From Candidatus Mcinerneyibacteriota bacterium (GTDB lineage Bacteria > Macinerneyibacteriota > Macinerneyibacteria > Macinerneyibacteriales > DSCS01), in NCBI GenBank assembly GCA_016937175.1, contig JAFGWL010000013.1:18821-82820 (forward strand): a stretch of 64,000 bases of DNA, written 5' to 3'. Made by a program: the position numbers and the translations under genes. The notes beneath the pieces were generated by a model. It did no database searches, had not been told where the DNA came from, and saw nothing but the letters and a program-made list of their open reading frames with translations. Every line of letters begins with the position of its first letter. Position 1 is the stretch's first letter. Shown here piece by piece: positions 9,901 to 17,242 of this stretch.

Positions 9901-12900
9901 CTCGATCAGGGGTTTCCCCTCTGACAAGGACCACGGCCGGGGCATATGACGTCCTTCATAGAGAAGATAGAGCTGGGAGAGCGAAAAGGCATTATAGGCG
10001 GAAGAGCGGAACGAATCAGCCTTGCGGTCTATGATAAAAGTGGCATCCGGCGGAATATCCTGCTCGATACGGGCTCTGTCCCGTGTAAGCAGAAGAAATT
10101 TCTTCTCCAGCCGGTAGGCGATGATATCATCGGGAGAGAGCATCCTGCGGAGGCTCTCCCCTTTCAGGAAGGGGATACCTGAGATGAGTCTGGCGCGTTG
10201 ATCCAGTTTCTCCGCGTAGCGGGATGCTTCTGCAAGGTCTTCACGGCCCAGATAGTAGAAATAGTTGCCCAGATTCACCGTATCCAGCTGGGAAAAGAGC
10301 TCAGGTTTATAGAAAAGGTAGCGTATCCTCTCTTCAAAGGACTCGAACCCGGACAAAAGGCGCACAAGACGATCGAAGTCGGTTTTCTCCGTTACGGCAT
10401 CTTCCAGAAGCTGAAAGGGAATATAGCCTTTGTCCCTGAAAAAGGCTGCAAACCGGGGAGCTGTTTTATCATCGGCCCGATTGATGGAATCAGATGCTTT
10501 TTCAAGGAATTCGAAACATGATTCGGGAGAAGATCTCCTTGTCAAAAGCGCTGCATCTATATTGATCAGAAAATCAAGAAAAACATCTTCTCCCTGCAGG
10601 CTCATAAGAGAAGAGAGGACGTCGTCTCCGAGAAACCGGTGCAGGAAAAGGTAAAAAAGACGCTTCATGGCGGGACTCACTCCGGGCCTTTGGAGGAGAG
10701 AACGGATCTTCTCATAGCGCCTGAAATCCTTCTCCTGTTTGTCTACAGCTTCCCTGAGGGTGGAGAAAGACTCCTCCCGGGGAGCCGTCTTCATAAAAGC
10801 CAGAATCATCATCCATTGATGAAGCTCCTGCAGATCCGGATCCCTGATGGCTTTCACCCGTTCCTCCATGCCTTCCAAAATTCCCAGGGGATCCGGAGAT
10901 GAGTCCATATTAAGGAAGAGTGATGAAAGCTCGTTGATCAGCAGCCCCTTCTGGAACTTGTTCTCACGTGAGATCTCCAAAGAGCGGTCCAGATACTCCT
11001 GAAGGAGCTGATCATTGCCGATACGATAATAGAGAGAAGCGAAATTATTGGTGATGACCATATCCGCATAGGGGCTGTCGGAAACAGCGAGTTTTTCTTT
11101 GAACAGGTCCACGGCTGCTGACATCTCCCCTTTGTTCATGGAGGCCGCAGCCATGATGGAAAGAAGAAGGTTCCGTTCCATCTCCGGGGTAAATCCCCGG
11201 TAAGCACCGGTCTCATGAGCTCCTGAGAGCGCCATGGCAATGCTTATATCCAGGAGGCCTCCCCCCTCTTTTTTGCGTGCCTGATCCCCCTGCAGAAGGT
11301 CCAACCCCTTTTTGGCATGAAAAAGAGCCTTGTCGGTATCGTCTCCCAACAGGGCATTGTAGGCGATATTCCTGTGATAAAGGACCTGCCGGACAGGGTC
11401 TTCTCCCGAAAGCCCCAGGGAAAGAGCCCTTTCAAAGTAACGGACAGATTCCAGATGTTTTCCTGAAAGAGAAGTGACCATTCCAAGATGTTTGAGAATA
11501 TAATCCTGCCCCCGGATATCCTGGTCTTCCAAATAGAGAGTCAAAAGTTTCCGGTCGAAGGAGGCTGTCTCTTCATATTGATTGAGATTGTAATGGATGG
11601 TGGATAAGCGGAGCAGATACTGTTTTTCCTCCTGACGTCCCTGATAAGGAGGTATCTTTCCTGACATGGCGGTATAATAGTCAAGCGCCTTGTCAAAGAT
11701 CCGGAGTTTGAAGTAGATGTTGGCCATGTTCTTTTCAAAATAGCCTCTGAGAAGTCTATCGTCTGTATCGGCCAGGGCCAGGCCTGTCTTGTACTCTCCC
11801 AGGGCCATTTCCAGGTATTGCCCCTGTCCAAGACGCTCCATCTCCTCGTAAAGCCATCCCAGGGTCAGATGCATGATCCCCTCCTGGGGACGACGGCCCA
11901 CAGAGCTTACGACCAGATCCAGGGCCTCTTCATAGGCTGCGAGGGTGAGGTCAGTTCTCCCTCGCACTTCGTAGGATGTCCCCACATAGGTCAGGGCAAA
12001 CCCGTAAAGGTACTGCATGAGAGGGTCTTCCGGATGATCCAGGTATAGGGCTTTATAACGCCCTGCTGTCTCCATGATATTTCCCAGGAGGTAATCCAGC
12101 CGGATCATGGCCCGGTTGATCTCCAGATCCCCGGGCAAGGCCTCCCTCAAAAGAAGGATTATCTTTCGTGCCTTCAGAAGGTCCTCTTCTTTTTCATACT
12201 CTTCAGCCACGGCTACAGCCCTGGACCTCAGAAAGGAGACGATATCTTTATAATAGACGCCGTTATAGCCTGATGTGAGAATATTTGAAAAGGCTGTTAT
12301 CCCTTCTTCTGTCTCATAACGGCTGTAGATCTCAAGCAGGATGGGATAGAGCATCTCCCGGTTCTCATCTTCCCGGCCCTTGACCTTATGCCACTCCTGA
12401 AGTGCGCCGGCATAGTCTCCGACTACAAGGAGAGAATCCATGAGTGCCCCTGTGGCTCCGTAAAAGAGAGTGGAGCCGGGAGGGTTCTCATCCCGTATCC
12501 GGCTCAGAATATTGAGGGAATAGCCGCTCCCGGCTTTGTATTCCGCCCTCACCTTCAGATAAAGGCTCACAGCTTCGGTCACGTAACGGTCACGGTAGAA
12601 GGCGTTATTGATTATCTTTTCCAGGAGTCCGAGTGCCGGGGTTTTCCGGCCTGTCATCAGCGCTGAGCGGGCAGCTAAGAGGGAAAGTTTGTTTTTCAGC
12701 CCGGTGGAGCGGATCCTGTTTTCCAGTGTAGAAAACGTCTCCAAAACAGCGCGATGCTCACCGGCTTCATAAAGACGGAAAATCAGGCGCTCAGACATCC
12801 CCTCTTCATAAAGAGAGGGAGCCCCGGCAATATCTTCTTTTGTGACCAGAGGTTTCAAAAGAGTCCCTTCGGCCAGGTAGGAAAATTTATCCGCCTCCCT

Positions 12901-13938
12901 TTCAGCCAGACGCGGGTATCCTGTTTCCAGGAGCTTATTGATATAATGTGTCAAAAAAAGAAGTGATTCGCGGGGCGAAAAGAGAGAGACGACTTTCTCG
13001 GCCAGAGGGAGGATCTCCTCTGGCTTGTCTGTCCGCTCCAGGTAATTGTTGTAATGGTAGACCGAAGAAAAACTGTAGGCAAGGTCTTCCCTGCTTTTAT
13101 AGGAGAGTTTCGGGCCCTTTGTAAAAAAAAGGGTATCACTTGAAAGCGTAAAACTATGAAGTCCTTCTGCTCCAAAGAGATAATGCTCTCTGCCCTCCTC
13201 CGATGAAGTGAGAAAGGCTGTCTGCAGATTCTCTTCCCTTCCGGGCACATCTTCTGCCAGTGGATAGGAGAGATAATAGAGTTTCCCTGTGACAGGATCA
13301 TAAAAAAGGTCTGATTTGGGCAAAGGAGAAGTCTTCAGAACCCGGATATTCCCGGTGGCGGTCTCCACGGACAGGATCTCTCTGTCTCTGAGAAGATAGA
13401 CCTCCCCTTCTCCAAAGGCAAGGTCTTCCGCGCCGGAGAACTCAGACCGATAGACCTCCTTCCCCTCACGGCTTAAGATGACAAGGTCTGTCTTTCCCTC
13501 TTCGCGCGACAGGGCTGCGATCAGGGAGCCGTCGGGAGAGAACCGGGGAGACATCTCCCGGACGAAAGGCCTGCCCAGATTTGTCATCTTTCCTCCCTGC
13601 AGAAGCAGGATGTCCCCCAGGACATCATACTGGTCCGAGGTGACAAGCAGGCTTCCCCTGCTGTCAGTATCTTCCAGGCTCTCTTCATAAGATGTTGAAA
13701 AAAGAGCCTCGCTCATTTGTGCGGTAAAATCATATTTGATGACTTGACGGTTGTTGTTGTCGATAACGGTATAGTAGAGACACCCTGTCTCCGGGCAGAA
13801 ACGCACAGATTCTATTCCCCCCAGCTGGACATCGATCTGCCCCTCAGGAGGCATCTCCTGCACGAGTCCGCTTTTGAGAGTACATCCTCCGGCTCCCAGA
13901 AGAATCAGGAGGAGAAACAGAAACGTTTTACGGTGCAC
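6991..13938 (-). CDS. giant (2315 aa) lipoprotein: TolB-like beta-propeller (PD40) N-terminus, very long TPR array, C-terminal CHAT (caspase-like) peptidase domain
   Basis: Signal peptide/lipobox MHRKTFLFLLLILLGAGGC; PD40-like RFSPDGSLIAALSREEGKTDLVIL; hundreds of residues of TPR-like repeats; C-terminal CHAT signature DYDIIHFACHGYF...RLAVLSACDSGVG...ISSLWRISD; GTG start at 13936-13938 with GGAAGGAGAAGA RBS, overlapping stop of upstream gene. Confidence 0.8.
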   Translation of the reverse strand: MHRKTFLFLLLILLGAGGCTLKSGLVQEMPPEGQIDVQLGGIESVRFCPETGCLYYTVIDNNNRQVIKYDFTAQMSEALFSTSYEESLEDTDSRGSLLVTSDQYDVLGDILLLQGGKMTNLGRPFVREMSPRFSPDGSLIAALSREEGKTDLVILSREGKEVYRSEFSGAEDLAFGEGEVYLLRDREILSVETATGNIRVLKTSPLPKSDLFYDPVTGKLYYLSYPLAEDVPGREENLQTAFLTSSEEGREHYLFGAEGLHSFTLSSDTLFFTKGPKLSYKSREDLAYSFSSVYHYNNYLERTDKPEEILPLAEKVVSLFSPRESLLFLTHYINKLLETGYPRLAEREADKFSYLAEGTLLKPLVTKEDIAGAPSLYEEGMSERLIFRLYEAGEHRAVLETFSTLENRIRSTGLKNKLSLLAARSALMTGRKTPALGLLEKIINNAFYRDRYVTEAVSLYLKVRAEYKAGSGYSLNILSRIRDENPPGSTLFYGATGALMDSLLVVGDYAGALQEWHKVKGREDENREMLYPILLEIYSRYETEEGITAFSNILTSGYNGVYYKDIVSFLRSRAVAVAEEYEKEEDLLKARKIILLLREALPGDLEINRAMIRLDYLLGNIMETAGRYKALYLDHPEDPLMQYLYGFALTYVGTSYEVRGRTDLTLAAYEEALDLVVSSVGRRPQEGIMHLTLGWLYEEMERLGQGQYLEMALGEYKTGLALADTDDRLLRGYFEKNMANIYFKLRIFDKALDYYTAMSGKIPPYQGRQEEKQYLLRLSTIHYNLNQYEETASFDRKLLTLYLEDQDIRGQDYILKHLGMVTSLSGKHLESVRYFERALSLGLSGEDPVRQVLYHRNIAYNALLGDDTDKALFHAKKGLDLLQGDQARKKEGGGLLDISIAMALSGAHETGAYRGFTPEMERNLLLSIMAAASMNKGEMSAAVDLFKEKLAVSDSPYADMVITNNFASLYYRIGNDQLLQEYLDRSLEISRENKFQKGLLINELSSLFLNMDSSPDPLGILEGMEERVKAIRDPDLQELHQWMMILAFMKTAPREESFSTLREAVDKQEKDFRRYEKIRSLLQRPGVSPAMKRLFYLFLHRFLGDDVLSSLMSLQGEDVFLDFLINIDAALLTRRSSPESCFEFLEKASDSINRADDKTAPRFAAFFRDKGYIPFQLLEDAVTEKTDFDRLVRLLSGFESFEERIRYLFYKPELFSQLDTVNLGNYFYYLGREDLAEASRYAEKLDQRARLISGIPFLKGESLRRMLSPDDIIAYRLEKKFLLLTRDRARIEQDIPPDATFIIDRKADSFRSSAYNAFSLSQLYLLYEGRHMPRPWSLSEGKPLIEESSGYFRLSGSLESDQVNPYASKAGDYTGLQFLKEGLTVDGLWVDEAEVTSPISMRLFTDILIYAGLNTIKIGEITFSYREMTEKQFASFLSEKTSEIDRRAYLYYKEGHYSRSFRELANLIPLLKARKDTATLTSRLYLMITIATDHLRDPELIRQELKEYISLKGLPESAYEKNLAILYERTGFYSRAIALYKEGRIPGDQTLQLASLYEKNGQYEEASELLNLVNTEESLIRRAVIHYKYFNENEKARALLEKVRSRDKQQTVELLKGSISLREGDYETAKALFRPLTESPERNIRINAAIGMANLLFKTNAYHECLDYIRRTLQSLPEKENQAERVILKNLLSLALLETGSEHLALSEIDGALETARRYNIVGETTALIINKSLILRETGRPEEALALLESELPEAQARNNSYLLKGLYRHLAITSYQIGSSGQALLYLGKMKDLGQLTPEESMYASYYTGLVTKDIPMLEKARQEALDIRDISTALEIANHLGLFSGRIDHFEMAVSLLEAMAEDMDSPGLQVKLLKKYQGIYRSLAEAYFDAGLFEKSFFTTEKVKRIAFLVNNPLGAGQSTLKPEEEEALDKLKKELYHLDLLMKNDASIVREYEARKEDLDRLKLEIAMNQKGSADIPGERDFAGTIPQGTLVLSFLVLENRTLLLSWLDGAISGYSIPAGKERLNEEVSRLRDLISETAGEEVIRGESSRLGDLLLPFDLPKSGHLVVSPSGVLNYLPFSLLVKKGEYLIDRFPVTYIPDLFMLRENSGAGPFRSILAVGNPDLDNPDLELYFAQKEAGEIRFIFGPITDILKGKAATEEAVREKMASKDYDIIHFACHGYFNRHYSLLSHLLFASGGHLDGRFDVEEIRNLTPQARLAVLSACDSGVGVLGEGDEVTALDRAFMKTEESAVISSLWRISDVATGMLFKHFYRELDKGTPAPLALWKAKKELRLFFPHPAYWSSMKYTGN

Positions 13939-14503
13939 TCTTCTCCTTCCAGCTGCCCGAGGCGTCCTGAATCAGCCAGCCTGGCCTGGCCTCGTCATGC
14001 ATTTTATGAGCAAAGATCTCTTCCACTTTTCCCAGGTCATTCTCGCTTAATCCCTGGGTGATGCTGATAATGCGGTTATAGATGATCCTCCGGTCACGGT
14101 TCTCTTCCTGCAAAAACCGGTCGACCAGACGGGCAAGCTCTTTGTCCTCATCCAGCCGTCGGGAATCCCTGATCTCCACATACCCGCTGTTGGACTCCCC
14201 TATGATCTTCATATCCATAAAACGCTGATAGTCGTCTTTATTGTAGAGTCTGTTCTGATAGGCTAAAAGAGATCTCCTTTTTTCATCGGAAATCTCGGCG
14301 ATATCATCGGGGAGAGCCCTGACAGAGACAAGCAGCATAGGATCAGCCCCGATAAAGGAGTAGTTGCCCAGAACCTGGTTTTCCAGAGAGGTCTTCTCTC
14401 CCACCAGAGTGATCTCGATCTTCGCCTTGGGGCTTAAGAGAGAACACCCCGCAATAGCCAGCCCCGCGGCGAGATATGAGATGAGAAGAACGGCTTTGTT
14501 CAT
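13928..14503 (-). CDS. YdbL (DUF1318)-like periplasmic lipoprotein, possibly a YnbE-YdbL fusion
   Basis: Lipobox LAIAGC; C-terminal RRIIYNRIISITQGLSENDLGKVEEIFAHKMHDEARPGWLIQDASGSWKEK matches DUF1318 (YdbL) pattern; located between the YdbH-like gene and the CHAT gene, as in the E. coli ydbH-ynbE-ydbL order. Confidence 0.55.
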   Translation of the reverse strand: MNKAVLLISYLAAGLAIAGCSLLSPKAKIEITLVGEKTSLENQVLGNYSFIGADPMLLVSVRALPDDIAEISDEKRRSLLAYQNRLYNKDDYQRFMDMKIIGESNSGYVEIRDSRRLDEDKELARLVDRFLQEENRDRRIIYNRIISITQGLSENDLGKVEEIFAHKMHDEARPGWLIQDASGSWKEKSAP

Positions 14504-14515
14504 GACACTCCTTTC

Positions 14516-17137
14516 TTAAAAGACAAGACCTGCTTCTTTGAGGATACTGTCCAGAGGAATACGCCTGATGGGTTCGACATCCAGCCCTCCTATAAGAAAA
14601 CCCAGGGCGAATGAGACTAAATTGGATCGGCGGAATCCGAAGGTGGGATGGATGTTGACAAACCCGTTGGATGTGGTGACCAGCACATTTTTGGGTACTA
14701 CCCCTACCATATTAAGCTTCTTGCGCATGCCTTGTATCTGGGGGTTTTTCTTGTCCGGGTCGAGAGAGAGGAGAGCTTTGTCCAGGACATCGCTGTCGAT
14801 CTTTGTAATATCCCAGAATCCTTCCACTTCCGTTCCTTTACCCTTAAAGCGGGAAACCATGGAGAGAAGAGAGGTTCCTCCTTTGCCTGTCCCTTTTCTG
14901 ATGTTCAGGTCGATGGCATTGAATTGAATATCGTAACTCAACACGTCCAGGTCGGCCGAAAGAGCCCCTCCGATCTGGCCATCCAGAAAACGGCCATAAA
15001 AAGTGTGGACAGAGGCTTTTTTATTGACAGCGCTCAGAGAAGCCGCGAAATCTCTGATGACGAAATGCTGAAAACCGCCCTTCTCCATCCTGAAATTGAT
15101 CTCTTCTCCCTGCCTCAACTCCCCGGGGGCGAATGGCCCGAAGTAGTAGGGAAGCGAAAGAGTCAGGCCCGTGACTGAGATATCCCTGTCGTATTGGAGA
15201 GATCCCATTGAACAGTCAAAGACAGCCTTCCATTTTTTCTGAGTTCCTTCAAACCAGAGCCTCCCGTCGATTTCCTCCAACCGGATCTTCTTTTCCGGAT
15301 AAGAGAGAGATACACCGTCCATGGTGTTGTCTGTCTTGATGAACGGGGCAGCGAGGGTCCCTGAGAGATCCAATGTGAAGTTGACAGTCCCCTTTGATTC
15401 GATTGCCGGCAGTCCCGGGGCGAAGGAGATGAGTTCAGGGATATCGATCTTGGAATGGGAGAGAGTCAGATTGATGTTTTCTTCCCCCCACTTTTCCAGG
15501 GAGCCGTTTACAAGGAAGCGGTTGTTCTTCCCCAGTTTCAAAAAAAAGTTATCGCAGTAAAGATACTTCTGCATAGGAGCGATGATGAGCCCTCCTCCCA
15601 TGCTGACTTTGGGGATCTTGACCGGCGAAAAATCAGTCCGGAAATCGATCTCCTGGGCTCCTGCCGAGATCAGCAGAGTCAACCCTTTGGAAATGGAACC
15701 GGTGACTTCTGCCAGGGCGTTCAGTTTTGCATAAAGAGGAATATCAAAATAGTTATAAAAGGTGAAATCACGCATCTGGAGGTTAAGCTGCAATGAATCC
15801 AGGTCCGGGGTATTACCCCGAAGTTTCAGCATTCCCCCGTAGAGGGAGAAGGAGAAATCTTCCAGGGTACATGCTCCTGTCATGCGCTGCGGATCCAGAT
15901 GGCCCTTCACGGCCAGATGGATATTCTTCAAAGGCTCTGTCATGCGGGAGACTAAAAGAGAAGCGATCTCGGCTTCGGCGCTGATCTCCAGGTTCTCAGG
16001 GGTCCCTCCCAATGACAGGGTCACCAGAGCGTCTTTTAAAGAGGCTTCGCTGGCTGATGCCGAAGGGATACGGAGGATCACCTTGCCTCTCATCGTCTCC
16101 TTCCGCGCTTCTCCCCGGGTCCGGATGTAACCTTCTACAGAGACCGGGGGAAAGCCGGGAATAGCCCGCCGGAGGATACTGGTGAGCCCGTCCAGGTCAA
16201 TGTCCGAAAAAAGACGGCTGAAGGAGAGGGACTCAAACTTCATCGCATCATCAAAGAGGATTTTTCCCCGTATTTCGGCCAATGTCAACTGGTTCACAGC
16301 CACAGTAAAGTCTCCTGCTGTCAGGCTCTTCCTGGTTGTGCTGAGAAGATAGGATCCTTTCTGTGTCAGGGTCACCTCTCTTTCGGGTTCTCTGGCAGAG
16401 ACAGCCTCCTTCAAAGCCAGAGAGCCGTCTGAGACAGCCGCCTGTAAGGATACTCCGTAGGGGAGAAAAAGCCTGTCCGGTCCGTTACCCAGCGTGACAT
16501 TGTTATCATTAGTGCGGAGTCTGAAATAGCCTGTAAGTCCCTGAAATGTCCCGTCAGGAGCTTCAACAGCGCCCTCAAGGGAAAACGAGCCGGAATGAGA
16601 GACTCCCTTCCCCTGATAAAGAAGGCGAAGATTCCTGACATCAAGAGACCTGACCCGGAAACGGGGTATCTTTTCGGGGATCAGAGGCTTTTTCTCAAGA
16701 GGTGTCTCTTCCTCTTTCCCTCCAGGGACACTTTCCTTTATTCGCCCATCTGAAAAAGAGGCCTCCTTCATGGAAAAGGTGACATCTTCCAGTGATATCG
16801 ACTCGATTTCAACAAGCCCCCGAAAGAAAGCGAAGGGAGAAATCCGGATATGAATACGGCCTGCCGAAAGGTCTCCCCGGGGAAGAGAAAGGGTGAGGTC
16901 TTTTAACGTCAGGGAAAAAGGCAGTCGGGAAACGGACGATCCTGCAGAAAGGGGTAAAAAACGGGAGACAAGTGAGCTGTTCAGGACTCCTGGTGAAAGA
17001 AGGCTGTTGAGAAGAGAGAAGAAGAAAGCCATATGGACCAGAAAAGAAACAACGACTCCGCCTGCAGCAAGAAGAAGAGCTTCCCCCTTCCGGCCTTCCC
17101 TCTGATCTTGCTTTTTATCGTGTTTCAGACGACTCAT
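14516..17137 (-). CDS. AsmA-like family protein, YdbH-like (intermembrane lipid-transport family)
   Basis: 873 aa (E. coli YdbH is 879 aa); single N-terminal TM anchor then long beta-rich periplasmic region; followed by YdbL-like gene. Confidence 0.55.
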   Translation of the reverse strand: MSRLKHDKKQDQREGRKGEALLLAAGGVVVSFLVHMAFFFSLLNSLLSPGVLNSSLVSRFLPLSAGSSVSRLPFSLTLKDLTLSLPRGDLSAGRIHIRISPFAFFRGLVEIESISLEDVTFSMKEASFSDGRIKESVPGGKEEETPLEKKPLIPEKIPRFRVRSLDVRNLRLLYQGKGVSHSGSFSLEGAVEAPDGTFQGLTGYFRLRTNDNNVTLGNGPDRLFLPYGVSLQAAVSDGSLALKEAVSAREPEREVTLTQKGSYLLSTTRKSLTAGDFTVAVNQLTLAEIRGKILFDDAMKFESLSFSRLFSDIDLDGLTSILRRAIPGFPPVSVEGYIRTRGEARKETMRGKVILRIPSASASEASLKDALVTLSLGGTPENLEISAEAEIASLLVSRMTEPLKNIHLAVKGHLDPQRMTGACTLEDFSFSLYGGMLKLRGNTPDLDSLQLNLQMRDFTFYNYFDIPLYAKLNALAEVTGSISKGLTLLISAGAQEIDFRTDFSPVKIPKVSMGGGLIIAPMQKYLYCDNFFLKLGKNNRFLVNGSLEKWGEENINLTLSHSKIDIPELISFAPGLPAIESKGTVNFTLDLSGTLAAPFIKTDNTMDGVSLSYPEKKIRLEEIDGRLWFEGTQKKWKAVFDCSMGSLQYDRDISVTGLTLSLPYYFGPFAPGELRQGEEINFRMEKGGFQHFVIRDFAASLSAVNKKASVHTFYGRFLDGQIGGALSADLDVLSYDIQFNAIDLNIRKGTGKGGTSLLSMVSRFKGKGTEVEGFWDITKIDSDVLDKALLSLDPDKKNPQIQGMRKKLNMVGVVPKNVLVTTSNGFVNIHPTFGFRRSNLVSFALGFLIGGLDVEPIRRIPLDSILKEAGLVF

Positions 17138-17204
17138 TTCCGGCCCCTTTTACTCTGTCTCCGCTTTTCTGCTAAAAAGCATAAAAGTCTTTACCAGTAT
17201 AGCT

Positions 17205-17242
17205 GAATTAATGAAAAAATAAAGGGGAGCTTAACGCTCCCC
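17205..17242 (-). terminator. rho-independent terminator of valS
   Basis: GGGGAGC-ttaac-GCTCCCC hairpin (stop codon TAA of valS in the loop) followed on the minus strand by UUUAUUUUUUCAUU. Confidence 0.6.

Noticed and set aside
6991-13938. Giant TPR protein as a STAND/Avs-type antiphage NTPase
   Set aside because: No Walker A/B (GxxxxGK[ST]) motif is visible anywhere in the 2315 residues. The architecture is propeller-TPR-CHAT, not NTPase-TPR.
6991-13938. CHAT domain as part of a type III CRISPR (Craspase-like) system
   Set aside because: No cas genes, no repeat-spacer array and no TPR-CHAT/Cas7-11 partner occur anywhere in the window. The neighbours are ydbH/ydbL-like genes.
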